This document shows positions 1 to 9,241 of a stretch of 64,000 bases of DNA, piece after piece. Source of the DNA: Methanomethylovorans hollandica DSM 15978 (GTDB lineage Archaea; Halobacteriota; Methanosarcinia; Methanosarcinales; Methanosarcinaceae); the NCBI RefSeq assembly GCF_000328665.1, contig NC_019972.1:62001-126000 (forward strand), in the 5' to 3' direction. Within the stretch, counting starts at the first letter, position 1. Each line of letters starts with the position of its first letter. The position numbers and the translations under genes were made by a program. Under the pieces are notes generated by a model. It was given only the letters and a program-made list of their open reading frames with translations. It was not told the origin of the DNA and searched no databases.

Positions 1-37
1 TGAATTTCTGGATAAATTATTTATTACACTGAAAACG

Positions 38-2119
38 ATGATTATTTCCGATCCCGGTGTACTTTATAAGAATAGAGAGTTCTATAAAGCATTTGCAGGA
101 GACCTCTGCCCTTCATGTTCAGTTCCATTAATGGATTTTATTACATTGGTCGAAAGAGAATTTCCTGTTAATTATCCTGAGTGGAGTCAGTTTGTAGATG
201 CAACAACTGATTATAAAATCGAATACTATGTTCCAATAATTGAAAGTAAAAGAAGCGATTATACTCACTTAACGGACTCTAATCATCTAATCACGATATC
301 CGAAAGAAATGTAAATGGCTATACTATTAGAATAGCACAAGATCCCTTTTCTGTTGGAAAAACCGATATACCCGATTTAGATGATATGTTCCCAGTATCA
401 GGTACAGACTTCATACGTAGGCAAAAAGTATATGCAATTTCGATGGAGTTGCCAGACCATGTTAATCAGATAATATCAAAGTTACAGAGTTTTATTGTAA
501 ATGATCCAGACACAAAACGTGTTTGGAATTACATGATCCGTTCAACTGCAGCGAGAAATTTTATCAAATCAAAAGTTAGACAATCGATTTCATCTGTTAT
601 TAATGAACTTGGAATTGATGAAAATCTGATTACTAAGGAAGAAAAAGAAATAATTGAAAGCAAAATAGTTGAACTAACTGTTGGATGGGGAATATGGGAG
701 ATATTCCTAAGTGATGATAACGTAAATGAGATATTTGCTGTATCTGGGCGGCATGTAGTAGTGGAAACATATCAGGACGGCAAGTGCAGAACAAACATGG
801 TTCCATCTGAAGAAGAATTCAATAGATTCATTCGGATGTTAACTGTGAATGTCAGGGAAGCTGACTTCTGGAATAGGGTTCTTGAGGTTGTAATTGATCC
901 TGAAAAAGATGATATACACTTTGGAAAGATGCGTCTAACACTTTTCAAAAAGCCATTAGTTGAAAACCATGCGTTTATTATTAGAAAACATCGTCATATG
1001 CAACTAAGTGGTTCAGAGCTCATATTATTTGGGACAATGTCTCCTGCAATGTTAGCATATTGTACAATGATGAAAAGGCGAAACAAATGCAATATGATTT
1101 ATGTAGGCGATGTTGGATCTGGAAAGACTACTGTCCAATTGATTGTAGATACCAAGGTTCCTAAAGATAGTACTCTGATTACTATTGGTGATATTGTTGA
1201 ATTGGATATGGGTGGATCTGGTTTCCAAAATCTTACTTTATATGCAGATCGACCAGGTGAAGAGAAGATCGGGCAGTCCCGGTCAACTCTTATTGCGAAA
1301 GCTCTACGTACTAAGAGCGATGCAGACCAAATAACAGAGGTATTGTCGCCAGATGATACACATGCATGGGTTCATACATGGGTTGCTGGTAAAGCAGGAA
1401 GTGTAACTTATCATGCAGCTAACATTGAAAAAATGCTAGTTCGCTGTGGAGACGAACTTAGAAGTACAGGAACACTTGATCCATCGACGAAAATGTACAT
1501 TTTCCAGACCGTTATTGCATCAAGGCGTATTCTTTCAACAGAAGGATATAAGTATAGAGTGGTTGCGGTTGAGTGGGTGATTGACAAAAAGGATCCATCC
1601 ACTAATCTTCCTCTAACATTGGATTTGTTTAAATGGGATAGTGATCATGATATCCATAGATTCAATGCTGAAAACTTCAAGGAGATTTATAATTCATATA
1701 AATTTAAGGAAATACTCTACAGTGTTGATACGGTGAAACATTGGGAACTACCATCTGAAATGGAAGTATATGAGAAATTATGGCTATCTCTTCTGAATTG
1801 TATTAATATTTACAAAGAATTCGGATTATTTGGACACATTGCAAAAGGACAAATCCCACATTTCCAGCGTGAAATTGAACTATTCAGCGATATATTTGAT
1901 GCTCAAGTGGATATGTATAGAACCAGAAAGACTACTGACTGGAACCAATTACTATTACTGGGTAAGAGAAAAATTTATTCAGGCCTATTAGAGACAATTA
2001 AAGAATATAAACCAGACTCCATAGAAGATATCATAAGAAAGATATCTGAATATGACCAAGCTGAACCAGAATCTGAGTTTCATGAATTGGCTATGGCAAA
2101 TAAAATAGCGAATTTGTAA
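38..2119 (+). CDS. VirB11/CpaF/TadA-family secretion (traffic) ATPase
   Basis: Walker A GDVGSGKT; IRK motif upstream; ALRTKSDADQITEV resembles ALRxxPDxIxxGEV; His box TYHA; WEIFLSDDNVNEIF matches the family N-domain. Confidence 0.8.
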   Translation: MIISDPGVLYKNREFYKAFAGDLCPSCSVPLMDFITLVEREFPVNYPEWSQFVDATTDYKIEYYVPIIESKRSDYTHLTDSNHLITISERNVNGYTIRIAQDPFSVGKTDIPDLDDMFPVSGTDFIRRQKVYAISMELPDHVNQIISKLQSFIVNDPDTKRVWNYMIRSTAARNFIKSKVRQSISSVINELGIDENLITKEEKEIIESKIVELTVGWGIWEIFLSDDNVNEIFAVSGRHVVVETYQDGKCRTNMVPSEEEFNRFIRMLTVNVREADFWNRVLEVVIDPEKDDIHFGKMRLTLFKKPLVENHAFIIRKHRHMQLSGSELILFGTMSPAMLAYCTMMKRRNKCNMIYVGDVGSGKTTVQLIVDTKVPKDSTLITIGDIVELDMGGSGFQNLTLYADRPGEEKIGQSRSTLIAKALRTKSDADQITEVLSPDDTHAWVHTWVAGKAGSVTYHAANIEKMLVRCGDELRSTGTLDPSTKMYIFQTVIASRRILSTEGYKYRVVAVEWVIDKKDPSTNLPLTLDLFKWDSDHDIHRFNAENFKEIYNSYKFKEILYSVDTVKHWELPSEMEVYEKLWLSLLNCINIYKEFGLFGHIAKGQIPHFQREIELFSDIFDAQVDMYRTRKTTDWNQLLLLGKRKIYSGLLETIKEYKPDSIEDIIRKISEYDQAEPESEFHELAMANKIANL

Positions 2120-2131
2120 AAAGGTGATTTC

Positions 2132-2668
2132 ATGACGGGTACTAAACCAGCGAAACCTACTAAGAGTATAGAAAAAATCCAGAATTTCATTAGAATTATT
2201 AATACAACTCCATTAACATGGGATGATGCAGTAACAATACTTGATGAGGACAATCTTAATAAATTGAAAATAGGAATGATGGTCATTGTAACTTCAAATG
2301 ATATTGTTCTCCCATCTCCACTTGCTCCCAACTCGGGTTTATCTGAGGCCCAACAAAAAGAAGGCAGTATCAAAATATATAGAACGCATTTGCATTCTTA
2401 TTCAGGAGATTATCCCCGGTTGATAGATTACATACCTCAAGAAGAACGAGATCAAACATTTTCATCTCTATGTGTTGCTTTAACAAGACAGTTCTTGAAT
2501 TCAAAATATCAACCAGATATTACTCCCGAAAAACAGTTAAAACAGAGGGCAGACTGCATGAATAAACTACGGGAAATATTCAAGGATCCTCTATTTGAAC
2601 CGAGAATTCAGAAAATAGATGAAACACTTGCTTTATATACAATGAAAGAATCCAAGCCCAATCTATAA
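2132..2668 (+). CDS. hypothetical protein co-oriented with the ATPase
   Basis: 178-aa ORF, RBS-like AAGGTGA, 12 nt after the ATPase stop. Confidence 0.65.
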   Translation: MTGTKPAKPTKSIEKIQNFIRIINTTPLTWDDAVTILDEDNLNKLKIGMMVIVTSNDIVLPSPLAPNSGLSEAQQKEGSIKIYRTHLHSYSGDYPRLIDYIPQEERDQTFSSLCVALTRQFLNSKYQPDITPEKQLKQRADCMNKLREIFKDPLFEPRIQKIDETLALYTMKESKPNL

Positions 2669-2806
2669 ATTGACATGTCAGGTATCAGCTCAAAACAAAA
2701 GGATACCCGATTCCAACGTTTTTTACAAAACAATTGATGAAATAACTTTTTATAGAAAGCAGCGTAAAACCCCTGAGTCTTTAGCTAAGGGGATATAAGC
2801 GTACAC

Positions 2807-3134
2807 TCATCCCTGATTCCGAATGTAGTATTCTGTAGCTTCCTTGCTAACATTTCCGATGGTGGATACGAAGTACCCATCACTCCATAATGTGTTTTCT
2901 CCCCAATAATGCTTACGTAGATATTCTCTTTTTGCTTTCCATAATCTGTGGGTAGATTCTTGTTTCAGCCTTCTGATAATAGACAGTACACTGATTTTTG
3001 GCTGGCTCTTAATAAGCATGTGTATATCGTCTTTGTCCGTTTCCATTTCCATAATTTCAAAATCGGATTCCTTAGAGATGTCAAACATGGTACATCAGCA
3101 GGAATTTGCTATGATTCTTTGTTTCATACTTCAT
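2807..3134 (-). pseudogene. tnpA: IS200-type Y1 transposase TnpA, internally deleted and frameshifted
   Basis: ATG at 3134 reads MKYETKNHSKFLLMYHV then stops; the rest (MFDISK...LWSDGYFVSTIG...YIRNQG) is in another frame; HUH motif reads DDIH instead of DHIH. Confidence 0.85.
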
Positions 3135-3180
3135 ATTTACCAAAAGCTATATATGTTGTTAAAGCATATAATACATTTGT

Positions 3181-4293
3181 ATGTTAAAAGCGTTCAAGTT
3201 TAGACTCTATCCTACTCCCACTCAAGCTGTGCAATTGAATCAGCACATAGGTAGCTGTAGGTTTGTCTACAATTGGGCGTTAGACCAGAAGATTAAAACA
3301 TACGAACAGACGGGAAAATCAGTTTCCAGATTCGACTTAAACAAAATGATTCCTGCTTTGAAGGCTTCTAATGAATGGTTGGGAGAGGTCAATTCTCAAT
3401 CATTGCAGGGAATGACCAAACAGGTTGAATCTGCATTCACTAGGTTCTTTAGAGAAAAGAACGGTTTTCCCAGATTTAAATCAAAGAAGAATCCAATACA
3501 ATCTTTTCCAGTCCCACAGCACTACACTGTGAACTTTGAGAACAGTACTGTGAAACTGCCAAAGATTGGAGAAATCAAAGCAGTACTTCACCGAATGTTT
3601 GAAGGTGAACTTAAAACAGCTACAGTATCACGGTCTTGTAAAGGACATTACTACATCAGCGTTCTTACCGAGGATGGAAAAGATCTCCCAGTAAAGCAAG
3701 CGTTCTCAGATTCCACTACGATTGGAATAGATGTTGGTATCAAGGATTTTGCTGTACTATCTACCAGTGAAAAGATTGAGAATCCAAAATATCTAAAGAA
3801 CTCTCTAAAGAGGCTCAAAGTACTCCAGAAGAGAGTATCAAATAAGCAGAAGGGTTCCAACAATAGAACAAAGGCTAAACAGAGACTTGCAGCACTCCAT
3901 GACAAAATCGCAAATCAGAGAAATGATTTCCAGAACAAACTATCTTTTAAACTTGTTAGCGAAAACCAAGCAATAGCACTGGAAACTCTGAATGTTAATG
4001 GCATGGTAAAGAACCATAACTTAGCACAATCTATCAGTGATTCAGCGTGGGGGAGCTTTGTGACAAAAATAGAGTACAAGGCTGAATGGTTAGGGAAAAC
4101 TGTACTGAGAATAGGACAGTTTGAACCATCTTCAAAGCTATGTAGTGTCTGCGGATACCATAACAAAGAACTTCAATTGAAAGATAGAGAATGGCAATGT
4201 CCAGAATGTACTACAACTCATGACAGGGACATCAACGCTGCTATCAATATCAAGAAATTCGCTCTCATCGACCAGAATCTAATAGGTCTTTGA
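3181..4293 (+). CDS. tnpB: RNA-guided endonuclease TnpB
   Basis: N-terminal KAFKFRLYP; RuvC motifs GIDVG, ALETL, DRDINAA; Zn finger CSVC/CPEC. Confidence 0.95.
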   Translation: MLKAFKFRLYPTPTQAVQLNQHIGSCRFVYNWALDQKIKTYEQTGKSVSRFDLNKMIPALKASNEWLGEVNSQSLQGMTKQVESAFTRFFREKNGFPRFKSKKNPIQSFPVPQHYTVNFENSTVKLPKIGEIKAVLHRMFEGELKTATVSRSCKGHYYISVLTEDGKDLPVKQAFSDSTTIGIDVGIKDFAVLSTSEKIENPKYLKNSLKRLKVLQKRVSNKQKGSNNRTKAKQRLAALHDKIANQRNDFQNKLSFKLVSENQAIALETLNVNGMVKNHNLAQSISDSAWGSFVTKIEYKAEWLGKTVLRIGQFEPSSKLCSVCGYHNKELQLKDREWQCPECTTTHDRDINAAINIKKFALIDQNLIGL

Positions 4294-4391
4294 GCACCGT
4301 AGGAACTACGGGAAGAGCCTGTGGACTTGTGAACGATGGTTCAAGGAATGAAACAGGAAGCCACTTGGTCTTTAGCCGAGTGGTAGTTCAC
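4294..4391 (+). ncRNA. putative TnpB omega/reRNA scaffold (right-end region, may begin inside tnpB)
   Basis: Hairpins between the tnpB stop and the TTCAC end; similar layout at about 13436-13529; inferred from TnpB biology. Confidence 0.5.
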
Positions 4392-4604
4392 AGAAGTGGC
4401 GCGTAAACTAATCATATGATTGGGTTGCTGAAATTATTCCAGAAGAAAAAAACAACATCTAGGGACATTGATCCAAGTTTGCCTTCTTCTCGAAAAAGCC
4501 CAAAATATGGCCCTCAAAATTCAACTATTAGAGCAGGAGCCCCCTTCCTCGGAGAGTAGCGACAGGTGGGGTAGTTGACAAATATGATATAAGACGATTT
4601 CGAC

Positions 4605-4880
4605 TTATTCTATTTTGTTTTGTTCAGTATCTTCCATGAGCTCGAACATATCAAATCCTATAATGAGATCGTTTTTTTCATCGGGGTTATCGATGATAAT
4701 TCTAAGATCCCTTATAATTTGTAAATGGTATATTTGATTAAAATGTTCTTCAGTTATAGAGGATCTTTGTACATGCCTTTTCGCTGGTATATTTCCTATA
4801 TTCATCCTGTCAACAACAAATGTATCGATATGCGAAAGACGTTCCGGGGGTGTAATTGGTAATATAACAGCCTCACGCAT
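4605..4880 (-). CDS. hypothetical protein, last gene of the sph-rdfA operon
   Basis: 91-aa ORF with GGAG RBS, co-oriented. Confidence 0.55.
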   Translation of the reverse strand: MREAVILPITPPERLSHIDTFVVDRMNIGNIPAKRHVQRSSITEEHFNQIYHLQIIRDLRIIIDNPDEKNDLIIGFDMFELMEDTEQNKIE

Positions 4881-4917
4881 TTTTAATCTCCTATTTTATT
4901 AATGATTCTTATAGATA

Positions 4918-5415
4918 TTAATTTTCCCTTTCTTTTAGCTTATAACATAACGTCTCATTGACTACATCTATTTGAATCTGGTTAGTCTTTTCAAGGAATA
5001 CCAAGAAAAGGTCGAGTTCTTTGTTCACGATTCCGAGTTCATTAGATAATTCAGTCCTGGATTTCTCTGATTTCTCTAATGCACTGAGAATTTGAATACA
5101 TTTTTCTTTTTTATCAGTTCGAAGAGTATCGACACGAATTCTAAAATCAATAGTTAAAATATCAGAGTAGAATTTTAGTAATTCCGTTCCTTTTTCGGTT
5201 AGTTCCCAATATTTCATTTTATCTGTTGATTTTGTTGACTCCGCAATGATACCTGCTTCTGAGAGTTCAGACAGTTCTTCTGCAATCTTTGTTTTTGTCA
5301 GATCTGCAAATTCTGCAATGCGAGTTGTATTCATATTACAAAATATATCAAGCGTAGACATTATCTTCAAGTGTGCTAACATATTTACTGCTCCTTTTTG
5401 AGACTCATTATCCAT
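4918..5415 (-). CDS. tandem winged-helix protein
   Basis: Two wHTH-like units (TTRIAEF...YWELTEKG; SRTELSNELG...YKL). Confidence 0.65.
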   Translation of the reverse strand: MDNESQKGAVNMLAHLKIMSTLDIFCNMNTTRIAEFADLTKTKIAEELSELSEAGIIAESTKSTDKMKYWELTEKGTELLKFYSDILTIDFRIRVDTLRTDKKEKCIQILSALEKSEKSRTELSNELGIVNKELDLFLVFLEKTNQIQIDVVNETLCYKLKEREN

Positions 5416-6008
5416 TCTTTTATGGGGAGCATTTCTCCGGTTTCAGTTCGTGCATAAGTGATAAATTGAATGTTTGGAGGAGCAATGTTATTATTTGTAG
5501 CAAATTCAAGTGGAGGAATCAATATTTTTGCAGAAAAATCTGCTGCTTGTAGAAGTTTAGAAATGGCAATATCGTTCAGTTTTTCTTTTTGTGGTTCTTC
5601 GACTTGAAGGCATTTTTTTAGGTGGTTTTGCATATTGTGTCGAGAAACGAGTCTTGTTGAGAGGTCTACAGGATCTAACTGAAAATGTTCAATTATGGAT
5701 TTTCCAAGACTGAAAAGTTTTGGATCAATTTGATCGTCCCTATCAGAATATACTTTCTCGATATATTCTCTTAATGTCGTAAAATCAAAAGTTGGATTTG
5801 TATTTGGATGTTGTTTCACGTAGAGTCGCTGCAAGAGATGTTCGTTGAACCAATTTGTTAAACTGGTAATGCTTAAAGCTTCAGAATTCTTCCCGGAATA
5901 ATTATCAATTAACCACTCATTAGTACTTTCTTCATCTAATAAACCCGTCCTTAATATATTACATATAACACAATCGGTTTTTTTAGATATATTTTTTTTC
6001 TGGTTCAT
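5385..6008 (-). CDS. RdfA-like protein (haloarchaeal rod-determining factor A family)
   Basis: CxxC near the N-terminus, SITSLTNWFNEHLL, LDPVDLSTRLVSRHNMQNHLKKCLQVE resemble recalled RdfA motifs; adjacent to an Sph-type SMC; start at ATG 6008 after GGAGGTGA. Confidence 0.65.
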   Translation of the reverse strand: MNQKKNISKKTDCVICNILRTGLLDEESTNEWLIDNYSGKNSEALSITSLTNWFNEHLLQRLYVKQHPNTNPTFDFTTLREYIEKVYSDRDDQIDPKLFSLGKSIIEHFQLDPVDLSTRLVSRHNMQNHLKKCLQVEEPQKEKLNDIAISKLLQAADFSAKILIPPLEFATNNNIAPPNIQFITYARTETGEMLPIKEWIMSLKKEQ

Positions 6009-6024
6009 ATTCGTCACCTCCAAA

Positions 6025-7932
6025 TTAAGTGAGTGCATCTGAAGCTATATCTATCCGCCTCTGACCTATTTTTTCAGTTTCTGGTGGGAGTTTTGTCAGT
6101 ATAATCGAAACTGCAATCTTCTCCATATAATCCATGAGAGCTTTCAGTCTCTTATTATCTAGGAAAGTAAGTTCGTCAAGTAAAATATATGGGAAGTATT
6201 CTTTGAGATTATTTACTATATATCCACTGATCATTACTGCTAATCCAATTACTTCAAGTTCTGATTTACTCAAAGTTTTAATAGAATCCATATCACGATA
6301 TATGCTGTCTTTATCTGTTTTTCTTGAAACCATTAAGTCGTAATTTTGTTCAAGTGATATGCGGCTAATGTTGCTGCTAAATCCAAGGATACTATATACT
6401 TCCGGTATTATCTGGTTAAATTGTTCCTGTATCCTCAGTTCGATCTTATGCAGCTCAGCCTTTGTGTTTTCTACATCTTTTTTCATTTCCGCCACTGATA
6501 ACCTTTTATTATCAATTCCACGGATTACTGCGTCGTATGATTTGATTTCATTATTAAAGTTCTCAATAGCTGTTTTCTTTTGCCCGATTGATTCTTTTAT
6601 CTTGGCAATTTCTATAGTAATGTTGACAACTTTATCGTTAATACTCTTGGATAGCTCTTTTATCTCAGCGTTAAGTTTTTCTTTGCTATCTTCTAACTTT
6701 TCGATAGCTTGGCTTATTAAGCTGATATTACCATTTTCGTTGTTAATTGTAGCTTCCTTTGATTTAATTACTGAAATTGCAGTGGTTATCTCTGACCCTT
6801 TTTGGATTAGTATATCTTGTTTCTTTGAAAGAACGGCCTTATCACTTTCGAGTTTTGATATCGTTGTTTGTGTTTTTGCTCTCTTTTCCATTAGTTCATC
6901 AATATGTTTTTTTATTATCCTAATTCCAGCATCTTGACCGCAAACCGGACAGGACACATGGCTATCATCTGATAAAGAATCAAGTATTGTATTTGTCTGA
7001 GGACTTTCTTCAAGTTCTCTGACAACATTCTTAGTTGCTTGTATTGTCATATCAAGCGTAGATTGTTGAGATATGGTCTTTTGAATTTTGTAATCAATAT
7101 TTTGCATTTCTTTTTTTATTTTGTCTATTTCCCGTTTATCAACTTCCCCAAGCTGTTCTATGCTTCTACGAAGTGACTGTATCTCCTTTGATAGCTTCTC
7201 TATAAGTTCGTTCTTGTTTTTGATCATCTTTTTGCTATCGTTTATTTTGAATTCAATTTGCTGCAGTTCTGTAGATTTTGCATTAAGTTTTTCTTTAGTA
7301 GCAGTTTCTTTACCAACACTAGCCATAGAATCATGTTGTTTTTTCAGAGCAGCATACTTCTCTTCAAGTTGAGATAGTTCTTTTAGCAAAGCATCTCTTT
7401 TCTTTTCAGTCGATATCTTTTGGTGTGGAGCATTTGCATCTTTGTTTAGGTCTTCTGTGAGAGCTGTTAAGTTACTTTCTTTATACCGGATTTCAGCTTT
7501 TAATCTCTCAATAATGTTATTGTCAGTTCCGATTAAGGATTTCAGGTTCTGTCCCAATCTTACAGCTGATAATATTTCATTGTCGTGTCCACAAATTGCA
7601 AATCTTTTTACAAGCAATGATATTTCAGGAGTGACTAGATCATCACCAGCGACTGTAATTGTGTTCTTGTTTCTGCTAATGGTCTTTTTAATTTGATTGC
7701 CGTTATGATCAGTGACTGATATGAATCCTTCTGTAGACATTGATCTAAGAATATATTCTAGATCTTTGTTGTTTCCAGATGGGGTGAGTAAAAGGGAAAA
7801 GGCTCTGAGGAATGATGTCTTTCCAGATGCATTTGGCTGTTCGATTACATTTAGTCCTGGTATAATGTCTGCTTCAATATGTTTTAATCCGCCAATATTT
7901 TCAACAACGACTTTTGTGTTTTCAAAATCCAT
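6025..7932 (-). CDS. archaea-specific SMC-like ATPase (Sph family) with zinc hook
   Basis: VENIGG, Walker A PNASGKTS, coiled coils split by CPVCG, signature LSKSE, Walker B ILLDE. Confidence 0.85.
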   Translation of the reverse strand: MDFENTKVVVENIGGLKHIEADIIPGLNVIEQPNASGKTSFLRAFSLLLTPSGNNKDLEYILRSMSTEGFISVTDHNGNQIKKTISRNKNTITVAGDDLVTPEISLLVKRFAICGHDNEILSAVRLGQNLKSLIGTDNNIIERLKAEIRYKESNLTALTEDLNKDANAPHQKISTEKKRDALLKELSQLEEKYAALKKQHDSMASVGKETATKEKLNAKSTELQQIEFKINDSKKMIKNKNELIEKLSKEIQSLRRSIEQLGEVDKREIDKIKKEMQNIDYKIQKTISQQSTLDMTIQATKNVVRELEESPQTNTILDSLSDDSHVSCPVCGQDAGIRIIKKHIDELMEKRAKTQTTISKLESDKAVLSKKQDILIQKGSEITTAISVIKSKEATINNENGNISLISQAIEKLEDSKEKLNAEIKELSKSINDKVVNITIEIAKIKESIGQKKTAIENFNNEIKSYDAVIRGIDNKRLSVAEMKKDVENTKAELHKIELRIQEQFNQIIPEVYSILGFSSNISRISLEQNYDLMVSRKTDKDSIYRDMDSIKTLSKSELEVIGLAVMISGYIVNNLKEYFPYILLDELTFLDNKRLKALMDYMEKIAVSIILTKLPPETEKIGQRRIDIASDALT

Positions 7933-8168
7933 TTCTTTTTCCCCTCGTATTTACCAAACCAATTAGTGCATATTTTCTGTGAGATTAGTTACAGTATAAT
8001 TGTGTGATTATCGTATAAATAAATATTCTCAATAGTATGTTATTTTCGTTGTCTATCCTATCTATTGTTATTTAATTATTAATTCAGAAGCTTTTGATAT
8101 TAAGGGTTGTGGTGCTGATATCCATCATTTTAATATACAATAAAAACCAATTTAGGTTCGGGATTAAA

Positions 8169-9194
8169 ATGCGAATAGTATATACTATCTTGTTTTGTAT
8201 GTTAGCGTTAACTATAACCGCTAACATTTCTAGTGCAAGTAATAACAGCATCAATATATATCTTTTTAAAAGTGATACGTGCTCACCATGTAATATAACA
8301 GAAAAGATCCTTTATGAAAAGATACAGAGTTATCCTAATGTTGATCTCCATTTTATAACGATTGACAACAAACAAGGATATAGCCAATATCAAGACTTTG
8401 GAATTGCTTATAACATGATCAACGAAGCAAGCTCAGTTCCTGCTATTTTCATTGGTAATGATTACATAGTAGGATACAAAGACGGAATCGGAAATGATAT
8501 TGAAGAATTGATTAAAAAGTATCAGAATGGAACATCAGGTACTAAAGGCGATATGGTATTTACCGCACCCGAATTAATCACCAAGCAATGGTTTTCAGAA
8601 AATTATCTCAAGGATGTTGTAGTTCAAGGAAATACTGGATTAAATATATATGTGTTTTATACTTCTTTCTGTGGGCCCTGTGCTGATCTGGTAAATCATA
8701 TTAATTCTGGAAAATGGGGAGAAAATGTACATTTCTACCTGTTCAATGTTTCATCTGGGAATATAACAGATGAGATATACGCTGATCGCATGAATACTGC
8801 GTTCCTGAATGCTTTTGTCATTAAAGATAGAGTATATCCGCAAATATTCGTAGGAGATGATTTCTACAAGGGATATGAACCATCTATGTTAGAAAAAATG
8901 GTAGAATATTATAGTTCCAATTTGACACAAAATTCGAGGTCTAATGTGGTTTTTGGTAGGTATAGTGATGAGTTTAAAAGCTATGCAAAGACAAGAGCAT
9001 TACTTGAAAAAGGTACAAACATTACAGTAAAACCAACTCATAAGAACGATCAGAATGAACTTTTCATAGATACTAATGTTAAAACTACTCCAAATACGAT
9101 GGGTTCATTATTAACAAGCTCAAAATCCATTCCTTTGTGGATATTGATGATGTTATCAATAGTGTATCTCCTCTACAAAAGAATAAGAACCTAA
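8169..9194 (+). CDS. membrane-anchored secreted protein with two thioredoxin/glutaredoxin-like domains
   Basis: Signal peptide; CSPC..VPAIFIG and CGPC..YPQIFVG; C-terminal TM helix with basic tail. Confidence 0.75.
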   Translation: MRIVYTILFCMLALTITANISSASNNSINIYLFKSDTCSPCNITEKILYEKIQSYPNVDLHFITIDNKQGYSQYQDFGIAYNMINEASSVPAIFIGNDYIVGYKDGIGNDIEELIKKYQNGTSGTKGDMVFTAPELITKQWFSENYLKDVVVQGNTGLNIYVFYTSFCGPCADLVNHINSGKWGENVHFYLFNVSSGNITDEIYADRMNTAFLNAFVIKDRVYPQIFVGDDFYKGYEPSMLEKMVEYYSSNLTQNSRSNVVFGRYSDEFKSYAKTRALLEKGTNITVKPTHKNDQNELFIDTNVKTTPNTMGSLLTSSKSIPLWILMMLSIVYLLYKRIRT

Positions 9195-9241
9195 TACTCT
9201 CTCTTTTTTTTGAAAAATAGATGTCATCCATGATGCTATCT

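Larger units (their letters stand above)
2754..4391 (+). mobile_element. IS200/IS605-family element (divergent tnpA pseudogene + tnpB)
   Basis: Left hairpin CCCCT..AGGGG 2770-2792 preceded by AAAA, with TTAT at 2750-2753; right hairpin GAAGCCACTTGG..CCGAGTGGTAGTTCAC ending 4391. Confidence 0.85.

Noticed and set aside
4605..7932. Wadjet or Lamassu assignment for the SMC operon
   Set aside because: No kleisin, Toprim nuclease or recognisable effector; the motifs fit Sph/RdfA better
6134..7966. Antisense ORFs over the SMC gene, and similar shadow ORFs elsewhere (e.g. 10200-10877, 59279-60175, 63070-63792)
   Set aside because: They lie opposite well-supported genes and have no motifs
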